From a candidate division FCPU426 bacterium (lineage in GTDB: Bacteria; Oederibacteriota; PGYV01; Palsa-1178), in assembly GCA_963840035.1 (NCBI GenBank), contig CAWIXE010000002.1, positions 128,001 through 192,000 on the forward strand: 64,000 nt of DNA. The letters are read 5' to 3'. Positions 21,369 through 35,513 of this stretch are shown here, piece by piece. Each line of letters starts with the position of its first letter. Within the stretch, counting starts at the first letter, position 1. The position numbers were made by a program, and so were the translations under genes. Below the pieces are notes generated by a model that worked only from the letters and a program-made list of their open reading frames with translations, did no database searches and had not been told where the DNA came from.

Positions 21369-21752
21369 GTGATTGTGAAAAAAATAAGGTATACACTATT
21401 TCCGGACCTAGCAGGGGGATTTTATAATAAGCAAGAATCTGTCCTTGCATTCTTACAGGACACTTTAATACTAAATAAGGCAAAGATAATACCCCCGCTT
21501 GATATATTAAATTCTATTTTTATGAGAGTCCCGGATATTTCAACCGGAAGGACTGCTGAATGGGAACCGTTTGAAATAAGCAAGTTGGAATATGGATTAT
21601 TAGTTAAAGAACTTGAATTAATTCAGGGGTTGCCATATAGATATGAATTACCACCGGAAACCATTAAGAATGCAAAGGACTGGCTTTTATGGCAGGGATA
21701 TAAATGGTATGCAGAAAAACCGGAGACAAAATATAGGCCGTATAAAAAATGA
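21369..21752 (+). CDS. Hypothetical protein (start may be GTG 21375)
   Basis: 127-aa AT-rich ORF with GGAGG upstream. Confidence 0.65.
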   Translation: MIVKKIRYTLFPDLAGGFYNKQESVLAFLQDTLILNKAKIIPPLDILNSIFMRVPDISTGRTAEWEPFEISKLEYGLLVKELELIQGLPYRYELPPETIKNAKDWLLWQGYKWYAEKPETKYRPYKK

Positions 21753-21767
21753 AACAGGAGAAAACAA

Positions 21768-22151
21768 ATGCCACTAATCAAAATTCACATGCGCGACGGT
21801 AAGGAAAAGCAGCACAAGAGGGCTCTTTTGGACGGGGTGCATCAGGCGCTGGTTTCGGCTTTTAAGATACCCAAGAATGACAGGACTATACTGCTAACCG
21901 AGTATGACGCCGAGCATTTTGACGGCAGGGATGAGAACTTTACCATTGTCGAGGTTATCGCGTTCGCGGGCAGGACAAAGGACGCGAAAAGGGAGTTGTA
22001 TAAGAAAATCGTTGAAAACGTATGTAAAACGACAAAACTGGCGCCAACGGATATCTTCATCATAATAAACGACATACCAAAGGATAACTGGGGAATCCGC
22101 GGCGGGCAGATGGCAAGTGAAGTGGATATCGGGTTTAAAACAGATGTGTAG
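21768..22151 (+). CDS. Tautomerase family protein
   Basis: N-terminal Pro (MPLIKI), GRTKDAKRELY, NWGIRGG. Confidence 0.88.
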   Translation: MPLIKIHMRDGKEKQHKRALLDGVHQALVSAFKIPKNDRTILLTEYDAEHFDGRDENFTIVEVIAFAGRTKDAKRELYKKIVENVCKTTKLAPTDIFIIINDIPKDNWGIRGGQMASEVDIGFKTDV

Positions 22152-22247
22152 GGACAGCGCTCCCGCGCTGTCCGACAGGATTTGGTAGCCGCAACCTGAA
22201 GGTTGCGTAAGGCTGCCAGCCCTGCGCAACCTGAAGGTTGCGGCTAC
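22148..22247. repeat. Single GTAG REP overlapping a stop codon plus a REP doublet
   Basis: gtagggacagcgctcccgcgctgtcc; gtagccgcaacctgaaggttgcg ... cgcaacctgaaggttgcggctac. Confidence 0.85.
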
Positions 22248-22279
22248 CAGTGCTATAATACGACGAAATAGGAGCAAAT

Positions 22280-23080
22280 ATGACCAATAAAAACGTGATA
22301 TACCAGGTTGACTCTTTTACAGCCGTGCCTTTTAGAGGCAACCCTGCCGGGGTTATGATTGTTGATAAGACGATGAAAACTTCCCGTATGCAGGATATTG
22401 CCCTGGAAATGAACCTCTCTGAGACCGCTTTCATAATACCTGACGGCAGGGATTATAAGATCCGGTATTTTACTCCTGCCGCTGAAGTTCCTCTTTGCGG
22501 CCATGCTACATTGGCGTCCGGGCACATTCTGTACTCACTGGGCATGCGCAAGCCCGGGGAAGAGATAATATTTAAGGCAAAAGGCGGGGTTTTGACCATC
22601 ACCAATGAAAACGGCTGGATATCCATGAACTTTCCCTCATATCCTTTAAAAAAGGTTAAAACGCATAAAGCCTTTAAAAAGATAGTCGGGTTTCAGCCTG
22701 TTGAAATGTATTCAAGCCAGTATAACTGGGTAATTGCAGTGGCAAAGTCTGATAGTGACATTATAAAGGCAAAGCCCGATTTAGCTGCCCTTGAAGTAAA
22801 CGGCATGGGTCACCTCTTAATTACCGCGGCGAGCAAAGGCAAAGGCGCTGATTTTTCCCTGAGATGTTTCGCGCCCGCATTGGGAGTAAGCGAAGACCCG
22901 GTAACAGGTTCAGCCCATTGCGCCTTAACACCGCTGTGGTCCGTGAAGACAGGCAAGACAGCTTTAAATTCAATCCAACTGTCAAAAAGAGGCGGAAGGC
23001 TGAAAACAAGGTTCATCAATGGCAGGGTGGAGATTAAAGGTCAGGCAATAACGGTACTTAAAGCGGAATTATTGGTTTAA
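22280..23080 (+). CDS. PhzF family isomerase
   Basis: QVDSFT..F.GNPAGV, EMNLSETAF, EVPLCGHATLA, EDPVTGSAH. Confidence 0.95.
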   Translation: MTNKNVIYQVDSFTAVPFRGNPAGVMIVDKTMKTSRMQDIALEMNLSETAFIIPDGRDYKIRYFTPAAEVPLCGHATLASGHILYSLGMRKPGEEIIFKAKGGVLTITNENGWISMNFPSYPLKKVKTHKAFKKIVGFQPVEMYSSQYNWVIAVAKSDSDIIKAKPDLAALEVNGMGHLLITAASKGKGADFSLRCFAPALGVSEDPVTGSAHCALTPLWSVKTGKTALNSIQLSKRGGRLKTRFINGRVEIKGQAITVLKAELLV

Positions 23081-23161
23081 AAAACAGGTCAAGACGTTTC
23101 ATCTGAGACGATCCACCTGAGACGGTTTATCTGAGACTATTGAGACATTCTTGGAGGTTTT

Positions 23162-23701
23162 ATGGACAAAGCACAGATCATTCAATTCATCGGAGTCACT
23201 GCAGGCATTGTGGTATTCTCCTGGTTCATCTCAATCAAACACGGCCGTTATCACGGCATCGCCCGGTTCTTTGCCTTTGAATCAATCGCGCTTATGGTTA
23301 TTCTCGATATTAAGTACTGGTTTGTCGATCCTTTCTCGCCTATGCAGATAATATCCTGGCTATTTCTGTGTTTAAGTATTTTCGTCGCCATTGGCGGGTT
23401 CATGCTTTTGGTATCCATGGGTAAGCCTAAAAGTATGTCTGAATTTGAGGCTACAACCAAGCTGGTAACTACGGGCATGTATAAATACATCAGGCACCCG
23501 CTGTATTGTTCCTTAATACTGCTTGGATTCGGCGTGTTCTTTAAACGTATTGAGACAGCACAAATAGTACTTATAATAATTAACACAGCAGCCCTTTATG
23601 TTACATCCCGCATGGAAGAAGGGGAAATGATAAAGGGTTTCGGGGAAGAATACAGGCAATACATGAAGAAGTCGAAAATGTTCATTCCATATATCTTTTA
23701 G
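23162..23701 (+). CDS. Isoprenylcysteine carboxyl methyltransferase (ICMT/PEMT) family membrane protein
   Basis: LVTTGMYKYIRHPLY, EE..M...FGEEYRQY. Confidence 0.88.
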   Translation: MDKAQIIQFIGVTAGIVVFSWFISIKHGRYHGIARFFAFESIALMVILDIKYWFVDPFSPMQIISWLFLCLSIFVAIGGFMLLVSMGKPKSMSEFEATTKLVTTGMYKYIRHPLYCSLILLGFGVFFKRIETAQIVLIIINTAALYVTSRMEEGEMIKGFGEEYRQYMKKSKMFIPYIF

Positions 23702-23712
23702 AAAGGTAAACA

Positions 23713-23874
23713 ATGAAAAGAACCGCTAAAAAGAAGAAAAGCACCGTAAAGAAACACTGGTACTGGTCCAATTCCTGCCAGTGCGTAGAAAAGGCGTCGG
23801 ATAAGGATGTTAAGGCGGGCAGAGTTAAAAGGTGCATGTCCGCTGATGAACTTAAAAAGGAACTACGCGGATGA
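23713..23874 (+). CDS. Short putative antitoxin, 53 aa (absent from the ORF track)
   Basis: MKRTAKKKKSTVKKHWYWSNSCQCVEKASDKDVKAGRVKRCMSADELKKELRG; ATGA overlap with the downstream toxin-like gene. Confidence 0.7.
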   Translation: MKRTAKKKKSTVKKHWYWSNSCQCVEKASDKDVKAGRVKRCMSADELKKELRG

Positions 23875-24131
23875 TATTTGACAGGACGCATACATTTGAA
23901 AAAGCTTTTTTGGATTTGCCGCCTGATGTCAAAAAGGTTTTTCTTGGAAAAACGGCCATTATGGAAAAAGATTTTGACCATCCGTCATTGCGCATCAAAA
24001 AGATTACGGGTTCCGGTGGGGTATATGAAGGCAGCGTCAATATGCATTACAGGTTTACGTTTGAACTTATAAAAGGCGGCATATTGCTCAGGAACATCGG
24101 GCAGCATGACCCGGTATTGTCGAGAAGGTAG
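23871..24131 (+). CDS. RelE/ParE-superfamily type II toxin
   Basis: 86 aa; F.K.F..LP, HPSLRIKKI.G, YRFTF, LRNIG.HD pattern. Confidence 0.8.
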   Translation: MIFDRTHTFEKAFLDLPPDVKKVFLGKTAIMEKDFDHPSLRIKKITGSGGVYEGSVNMHYRFTFELIKGGILLRNIGQHDPVLSRR

Positions 24132-25031
24132 TCTCAACAATCTCAGAAGTCTCAATAGTAAAGACACGGAGGATAAATTGAAAAAATACGTTCACGGTTA
24201 CTCTAAAAAGGAAAACAACAGGCTTTACGACCAGGCAGGGACTCTGACAGGACTGCTGCACGGTGATACCCGCTATAAAAAAGGGGAAAGTGTGCTTGAG
24301 GCCGGATGCGGGGTGGGAGCGCAGACGCTGATACTGGCTAAAAACAGCCCTTCCGTGGACATAACATCAATTGATTTTTCTTATGAATCCCTGGATAAAG
24401 CCAGACAGCTTATCAAAAAGAATAAAATAACCAATGTGAAGTTCCTGCACGCCGATATATTTGACCTTCCTTTTGACGATAATACCTTTGACCACGTATT
24501 TGTATGCTTTGTGCTGGAACACCTTAAGGAGCCAGTAAAGGCGCTGAAGTGCATGAAAAAAACGCTGAAAAAAGGCGGGACAATTACGGTTATAGAAGGA
24601 GACCATGATACTTCGCTGTTTTATCCTTTCAGCGAAGCTGCCATGAAAACAATAAAGTGTTTAATAGACCTGCAGGCTAAAATGGGAGGGAATTCCCTCA
24701 TAGGCAGGGAGTTATACCCGTTGTTAAAAAAAGCGGGATTCAAAGATGTTGATATATCCCCGAGGTTTGTATATGCGGATGCCTCAAAACCAGCAATGGT
24801 TGACGGGTTTACAAAGAAGACATATATAGCCATGGTAAAAGGCGTTAAAGAGCAGGCAATCAGTTCGGGTATGATAAACAGGAAGATGTGGGACAAAGGA
24901 ATAAAGGATCTGAATAAGACCGCGGGCAAATACGGAGTATTTTGTTACACTTTTTTTAAAGGTATTGCGGTTAAATAAGTTTGTTCCCATAACTATTGAG
25001 ACTTCTGAGATCATTGAGATTGTTGAGACTT
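24130..25031. repeat. Inverted 9-mer arrays bracketing a methyltransferase gene
   Basis: 24130-24159 is the reverse complement of 24992-25031 apart from one extra 9-mer unit. Confidence 0.8.
24178..24978 (+). CDS. Class I SAM-dependent methyltransferase
   Basis: GGAGG RBS then TTG 24178; YVHGYS..E..RL.DQA, VLEAGCGVG, FDHVFVCFVLEHL. Confidence 0.9.
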   Translation: MKKYVHGYSKKENNRLYDQAGTLTGLLHGDTRYKKGESVLEAGCGVGAQTLILAKNSPSVDITSIDFSYESLDKARQLIKKNKITNVKFLHADIFDLPFDDNTFDHVFVCFVLEHLKEPVKALKCMKKTLKKGGTITVIEGDHDTSLFYPFSEAAMKTIKCLIDLQAKMGGNSLIGRELYPLLKKAGFKDVDISPRFVYADASKPAMVDGFTKKTYIAMVKGVKEQAISSGMINRKMWDKGIKDLNKTAGKYGVFCYTFFKGIAVK

Positions 25032-25116
25032 GTTTTATCAGTACGTAACCAAAAACCCCCTTGAACACGTCTAATATTCTAGGTATAATAATGTTATCTT
25101 ATTATAGGAGGAAACA

Positions 25117-25863
25117 ATGAAAAAAATCATTATTTCAGCGGTTTTAATACTTGCCTTATATTCCATGTCATTCGCGGGGTTGACATGCACACAGACTGAG
25201 GACGGCAAGGTCTTTTATGAGGGCTTAACGCAGGTGGCTTCGTGGACCTATGATAGCGGGGCGCGTACCATGCAGGGTATCACCATTACCGGCGCTGTAA
25301 GGATAACAGCTGATTTTGACGGCAATTCGCGTTTTGCCGTAATTAACTACAAAAACAACGGCATTGTGGACGGTGTGTATTACTGGTATTTTATGGACAA
25401 AAAGCCGGCTTCCATGGAGACATATAAGAACGGCAAGATAGACGGCGCGTGCAAGACATATCATAAGAATGGGAAAATAAACCTTACCGGCACATATAAA
25501 GAAGGCAAAAAAGACGGTGTGTGGAAAGTGTATTACACAAACGGCCAGGTGGCGGAAATAGTGAATTATTTAAATGATTTAAAAAACGGGGATTATACAA
25601 AGAACTATGAATCAGGAAACCAGAATATAACATGCAAATATGTCAATGGAAAGATAGAAGGCTTGTATCAGGAGTATTATGATTCAGGTTCCTTAAAGAC
25701 AGAAGGCAACTATGTAAACGGCGCGCGGGACGGCGATTTTTCGATGTTTTATGAGTCCGGAGAAAAGCAATATACAATGAGATACAAGAACGGAAAAGCA
25801 ATAGGCGCCGTAAATGAGGAAGGCACTGAAATGGAGCCTGTGGAAACAGAATCGGATAAGTAA
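25117..25863 (+). CDS. Secreted MORN-variant repeat protein (YwqK-like)
   Basis: Signal peptide; repeated Y.NGK..G....YY..G units. Confidence 0.85.
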   Translation: MKKIIISAVLILALYSMSFAGLTCTQTEDGKVFYEGLTQVASWTYDSGARTMQGITITGAVRITADFDGNSRFAVINYKNNGIVDGVYYWYFMDKKPASMETYKNGKIDGACKTYHKNGKINLTGTYKEGKKDGVWKVYYTNGQVAEIVNYLNDLKNGDYTKNYESGNQNITCKYVNGKIEGLYQEYYDSGSLKTEGNYVNGARDGDFSMFYESGEKQYTMRYKNGKAIGAVNEEGTEMEPVETESDK

Positions 25864-25907
25864 TACATCAGTTTTATTTCAGGGGGAAGAACTATAGGGG
25901 GTAATGC

Positions 25908-27008
25908 GTGAAAAAAACCTGTTTATTTATGTTTGTTGTTATATTTTCCGTTATTGTCGGATGTTCAAAGAAACACGGGCCTTTTGACCCTATGACAGCG
26001 GTTTCATCGCCGTCATCGACCAGTACCATATCAATTCCTACGCAAACAAATACTCCAGTTATTCCTTCATCAACAAGGACAGCCACAAGAACCAATACAC
26101 CTGCAAATACGGCAACGGCCACATATACAAGAACATCAACTAAAACCGCAACCTGCACGGCCACTAATACGGATACCGTTTTCCCGACGGGAACGCCGAC
26201 ATTAAACAGCACTTCAACCGCTTCTTCTACGCAGACATTGATCATATCTGCAACGCCGACTTCCACGAAATCATGCACAAGTACCGTTACTAACACAAAG
26301 ACCGTTACATATACGGGGACTATAACTATTACAGCGACTGAAACGCTGGAAGTCTCGCCCACATCCACGGCAACAATAACACCTACGGAAGTTATAGCCC
26401 CTGGAATATTTGTGTCATTTGGCGCCGCCGAAAATGTGTCTCAATACATAATGGGCATGCCTTTAAACATTTCAGCTGCGCTTGTTATGCTCACACGCGG
26501 GACCGATATGAGCCCGCCGCTTTTGGGGGCGGATGTTACAGTAAACTCATACGCGCTGATAGACAGTATGTCAAACGGGCAGTACATGTATGTAAACTAT
26601 TCAGGCACGGTATTCACTCCGGGCATGCAGGTGGGCCTGCACATATCGTGTTCCGAGGGTGCGGCAACCTGCACAATAACGGCAACGGAAGATTTCTCAA
26701 TCACCGCGCCGGCTGACGGCACATTCCAAAGCGCGGCTGCCGGATTCGGTATCTCCTGGACATATCCTGGAAACATCCCACCGCTGATATATCTTTCCGT
26801 AGGTGATACGACAAATGCGTATGTTACGCAGACAATACCGGGGACTGATACATCGTATAATGTGCCGGGCGGAGTGCTTCCTTCATCAGGGGACATAACA
26901 ATAACATTGCAGACAATGAATAACTCGCCGATTACCGGAGTGAACGCGGGATCAGCTGATTTTATATATTTGAATTCGCGGGCGAACACGGTAAAAATGC
27001 AGCCGTAA
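25908..27008 (+). CDS. Lipoprotein with a long Thr-rich linker and a beta-rich C-terminal domain
   Basis: IVG-C lipobox; about 130-aa alternating T-x region. Confidence 0.8.
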   Translation: MKKTCLFMFVVIFSVIVGCSKKHGPFDPMTAVSSPSSTSTISIPTQTNTPVIPSSTRTATRTNTPANTATATYTRTSTKTATCTATNTDTVFPTGTPTLNSTSTASSTQTLIISATPTSTKSCTSTVTNTKTVTYTGTITITATETLEVSPTSTATITPTEVIAPGIFVSFGAAENVSQYIMGMPLNISAALVMLTRGTDMSPPLLGADVTVNSYALIDSMSNGQYMYVNYSGTVFTPGMQVGLHISCSEGAATCTITATEDFSITAPADGTFQSAAAGFGISWTYPGNIPPLIYLSVGDTTNAYVTQTIPGTDTSYNVPGGVLPSSGDITITLQTMNNSPITGVNAGSADFIYLNSRANTVKMQP

Positions 27009-27036
27009 AATACTTTAAAATAAATGAAATAAAGTA

Positions 27037-27064
27037 TTGACAGATTTTGTTTTTTTGTTATAAT
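27037..27064 (+). promoter_or_regulatory. rRNA promoter P1
   Basis: TTGACA-16 bp-TATAAT, extended TG, A/T-rich UP element. Confidence 0.88.
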
Positions 27065-27275
27065 CATCTCACGTTCGACAAGCAAGAAAAAGCGTTCTTA
27101 TAAAGTAAAATTCAAAGATGCTCAAAAGACTAAAAATTGTTCCGGCATGCAATAAAAAAATGAGAAAAGTTGCATGAGGCAGAAAAATCTGTCATAAAAA
27201 ATACCTTTAAAATATAGGGTTTTTTAGTACTGAAAAAAGAGAAGTTAAAAAGATTGAAAAATCTGAAAATTCTTC

Positions 27276-27304
27276 TTGACAATTAATCGGAGTTTTGGTA
27301 TATT
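27276..27304 (+). promoter_or_regulatory. rRNA promoter P2
   Basis: TTGACA-17 bp-TATATT; boxA-like gttctttgaa at 27341. Confidence 0.8.
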
Positions 27305-27627
27305 GTATTCACGGTTAGACAAAAACCAAAGTTGAAGAAAGTTCTTTGAAGCAAAAAGTTGCTACAGGGGTATTTTACGCTTTTTTTTGGGTTTGTTAGA
27401 AACTTATTGTAAAGTAAATGAGTTTTTAGAACCAGAAAAGCAAAAATGAAAATCCGCAGAATTAAAAACCTCGGATATAAAAATAAAATCCCAGCAAAAC
27501 CTTATACGGGATAGTATTCACCCTAAACGGCCATAGTGGCCCGGCAGGGGTACAAAAATGGTTCTTCACCAGTTATCAGAGAGAGAATAAGTTAATAAAT
27601 TGAGTTTCGCCTTGGCCAGAATAATAG

Positions 27628-29208
<1,581 letters not shown>

Positions 29209-29312
29209 ATTTAAAACAAGTTAAGACAGCTTTTTGGTGTAAATAAATTACTGGCCAGGCGAGCTCAATTTATTAACTATTCTCTCTCAATTCATAAAAA
29301 ATACGGATCAGT

Positions 29313-29390
29313 GGGCCTTTAGCTCAGCTGGTTTAGAGCGCACGCTTGATAAGCGTGAGGTCTCTGGTTCAAGCCCAGAAAGGCCCACCA
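29313..29390 (+). tRNA. tRNA-Ile (GAT)
   Basis: Cloverleaf, anticodon arm cacgc-ttGATaa-gcgtg, encoded CCA. Confidence 0.97.
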
Positions 29391-29494
29391 GCCTTAATAA
29401 AGCTTCGGCTGGTTAAAGCCGAATCGAGCAAAACCCGACAGGTGAGGATGCGGTTTTCAGACCGAAATCCGTAATCCAAATCCGCAGTTAATGT

Positions 29495-29570
29495 GGGGAT
29501 GTAGCTCAGTTGGGAGAGCACCTGGTTTGCAACCAGGACGTCGCAGGTTCGATCCCTGTCATCTCCACCA
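29495..29570 (+). tRNA. tRNA-Ala (TGC)
   Basis: Cloverleaf, anticodon arm cctgg-ttTGCaa-ccagg, G3:U70 pair, encoded CCA. Confidence 0.97.
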
Positions 29571-29877
29571 AATCTTTAAAAATTTGAGTGAATGACAAAA
29601 GCGGTTAACCGTAAAAAATAATTGACAAACGGCGCGTAATTTAGTAAATTGTGCGCCGCATATTCGTTCTTAAAAAGCATCCAGAGTGTTGATGATACAA
29701 AGTTGAGTGATATATTAATTTAAGATTCATGATTGAGTCTCCACCAACTTTTTATTCTCAATTCTCAGGAGCATATTGAGTGGTTCTTTTACAGCTATCA
29801 GAGCAGGAAATACAATTTTCGTCGAGTGTAATACGTAATACAAATGAAACAAATTGACTTAACAATATAAAAATTGT

Positions 29878-32898
<3,021 letters not shown>

Positions 32899-33095
32899 CT
32901 TAAATATAAGGATCCTGCGGATAGAATCCGCAGGGTACCTTATGAAATAATAAGTGCAAGACGCTTATGTAACAAGAAATACCGACGAAATGTATTATCC
33001 TGCTGATAGCTGTATAAAAACGACTCAAGAGAATTGAGGTCGTAACAATAGACACCGTTCCCGGTGCAAACCGGGCGACGTTTGTCGAAGATATG

Positions 33096-33211
<116 letters not shown>

Positions 33212-33214
33212 CTT

Positions 33215-33250
33215 AAAAAAAGCCCGGTGGGGAAACCCACCGGGCTTTTT
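33215..33250 (+). terminator. rRNA operon terminator
   Basis: aaaaagcccggtggg-gaaa-cccaccgggcttttt. Confidence 0.9.
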
Positions 33251-33313
33251 CATTTATATTGTAACGTAGTTTCCCCACCGGGCTTTTTTTAAGTCCAGCA
33301 ACGCCCTGCCTTC

Positions 33314-33517
33314 GTAGGGGCGGCCCCATGTGGCCGCCCGCAAGTTGTTGTTTTATGTTTCCGCGCAGGGTAGGGCAAAGCCCACCTACCCCCCCGTAGG
33401 GGCAGCTGTCTTTGTATAACCCGTTATTTAACATCTGTTTAGCCATATCTAACCCCGGCCACATTTTTGTCTTGTTCTTATACCCGCGTCCGGGCCGACA
33501 CACAGGTCGGCCCCTAC
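33314..33517. repeat. Cluster of GTAG REPs upstream of the RAYT locus
   Basis: gtaggggcggccccatgtggccgccc (33314) and inverted gggccgacacacaggtcggcccctac (33492), plus partial copies. Confidence 0.8.
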
Positions 33518-33643
33518 AGGAGGATTTGGTTGAAGCTTATAGCATACTCATGCGCCAGATTGAGTGCGAATTTATAAATTTATTTCATTTTGTTACGTTT
33601 CTGGTATAATAAAAAATATAAAATTATTTCGGGGGTGGTGAAT

Positions 33644-34219
33644 ATGAAGCCGATTTTGACGCTAATTTTAGTATTTTGTTTTTGTTCCTGTATTTACGCT
33701 GATGAAATCGAAATAACAAAATCACCCAATGGGAAATATGCCTTTGAATATGTTCTAAATGGAAAAGAAAACAAGCTGATTAAAGGTTTTCAAAGTTATG
33801 ACTATGAGGACTATGATCTGAATATTTATGAAACAAAAACAAATAAAAAAATAAAGTCATGGGAAAGCGCTCCCTGGGTTGACTGCGTTAAATGGTCTCC
33901 GGACAGTAAATGGCTTTTGCTTCAGACGCATACCAGGTATAGTAGCGACATAAGCTTTATTAACATTAAAAATAAAGATGTTTTTAATGTTGATTTCTGG
34001 GGATATATTCTTTCAAATAAAAACAAATATGATTTCAAACCTACTGGAAATAATCCATATCCGTATGTTGATTTTACTTCTTGGGACTATGCGAAAAACA
34101 TAATTGAAGCAAAATATACGTTTAACGACGAGAACGGTGAGCGTAAAGGCAAGTTGTGGTACGATTTTAAAAAAAGGTATATTTTAGAACTAGTTGATGA
34201 CGGAATCGTTTCAGAATAA
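33644..34219 (+). CDS. Secreted hypothetical protein with beta-propeller-like motifs
   Basis: Signal peptide; SPNGKY and WSPDSKWL motifs; AT-rich. Confidence 0.75.
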   Translation: MKPILTLILVFCFCSCIYADEIEITKSPNGKYAFEYVLNGKENKLIKGFQSYDYEDYDLNIYETKTNKKIKSWESAPWVDCVKWSPDSKWLLLQTHTRYSSDISFINIKNKDVFNVDFWGYILSNKNKYDFKPTGNNPYPYVDFTSWDYAKNIIEAKYTFNDENGERKGKLWYDFKKRYILELVDDGIVSE

Positions 34220-34259
34220 TAGGATTTTCTAATATTTAAAATATAGAGGGGTGTTCTTT

Positions 34260-34887
34260 ATGTCCGATTCCACAGGTCTGCCTTCCCGCAAACCCACACG
34301 CCTTAAATCCTTCAATTATTCCGCTGCCAGCCGTTATTTCATCACCATCTGCACGAACAAATGGGAGGAGCTCTTCTGGCTGGACAAAGACAACCTGAAC
34401 GCCGAACCATATACATGCTATTGTTGTGATTGAAAATCCCGCGTTGGCGGGCGGCCACATGGGGCCGCCCCTACAGGGAGGGTTTGGTGTTGTTGAACTA
34501 GACAAAAATACCCCGCTGGCGGGCGGCCACATGGGGCCGCCCCTACAGGGAGGTTTTGGTGTTACAAATCCCACACCTAATTCCCCTGTAGGGGCCGCTC
34601 CGTGTGGCGGCCCGAAACAGGGGTCTTTAAGCCAGATTATGGATTGGTATAAAACCATGACCACCAATGTCTATATCCGTGGGGTTAAAGAACACGGCTG
34701 GCCACGGTTCAAAGACAAGCTTTGGCAACGGTCTTTTAATGACCACATAATACGAAGCGAAAAGACCCATGACAATATAAGGGAATATATTTCCAGAAAT
34801 TCCTATATGTGGGAATTGGACGCGGAGAACAAACGGATAGATGCGGATAGGGAAAGGTATTATAAAAAGTTATACGAAGATAAATAG
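34260..34887 (+). pseudogene. REP-associated tyrosine transposase (RAYT, Y1 HUH), internally deleted and frameshifted
   Basis: N-terminal RKPTRLKSFNYS...YFITICT; HUH motif PNHIHAIV lies in another frame; LWQRSFNDHIIR and REYI..N; flanked by and containing REPs. Confidence 0.88.
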
Positions 34888-34992
34888 CCCGCGTGACGGG
34901 CGGCCACATGGAGCCGCCCCTACAGGGAGGATTTTTTGGTGTAGAACCGACACTAAATTCCCCTGTAGGGGCCGCCCCATGTGGCGGCCCGA
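34888..34992. repeat. REP doublet duplicating the doublet inside the RAYT gene
   Basis: gggcggccacatggagccgcccctac ... gtaggggccgccccatgtggcggccc; similar to 34511-34614. Confidence 0.85.
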
Positions 34993-35130
34993 CCAAAAGG
35001 CGCTTTGATCCTCCCGGGATTTGACTTCACCAGATTCATATGATATATATATAATTACCATACTAAATCCACTGCCCACTCTAAAAATGCCTATTTTTCT
35101 GGTTATATTAATGATACGCGAGGTTGCTGC

Positions 35131-35223
35131 ATGAAAACCATCTTCAAATTTATCCTTGCCTGCGCCATGTGCGCGGGGATCGTGGCTGTTATTGTCATTG
35201 CCGTAAAATTCTTTACAAAATAG
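35131..35223 (+). CDS. 30-aa hydrophobic small protein (MKTIFKFILACAMCAGIVAVIVIAVKFFTK)
   Basis: GAGG RBS, single TM-like helix, ends just before the next gene's RBS. Confidence 0.5.
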   Translation: MKTIFKFILACAMCAGIVAVIVIAVKFFTK

Positions 35224-35237
35224 AAAGGAGGTATCCG

Positions 35238-35483
35238 ATGAAACTTAATATGGGGTTAATTGACAGGATAATCAGGGCTGTTATAGTGGCCGTTATCGCC
35301 GTGTTGTACTTCACCAAAACCATAAGTGGCACGGTCGCTATCGTGCTGGAAGTGGTTGCTGTGCTTTTTCTGCTCACAAGCATTATCGGCTGGTGCCCGA
35401 CCTACCATGTGCTCGGGCTTTCATCCATGACGAAAAAGGAAAAGGAAGCAATGGAAGCAAGAAAGGCAAAGAAACAGCAATAA
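35238..35483 (+). CDS. DUF2892/YgaP-family membrane protein
   Basis: AGGAGG RBS; NMG.IDRIIR and GWCPTY..LG motifs. Confidence 0.88.
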   Translation: MKLNMGLIDRIIRAVIVAVIAVLYFTKTISGTVAIVLEVVAVLFLLTSIIGWCPTYHVLGLSSMTKKEKEAMEARKAKKQQ

Positions 35484-35513
35484 CCATACGCGTGCAAAAA
35501 AAATGGGGGCCGG

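Noticed and set aside
25892..26368. Val-rich minus-strand ORF and other antisense ORFs
   Set aside because: They are shadows of the Thr-rich lipoprotein and other plus-strand genes, with no independent RBS or motifs.
34438..34992. CRISPR-like repeats in the RAYT region
   Set aside because: They are GTAG REP palindromes in mixed orientation with homologous flanks, not repeat-spacer units.
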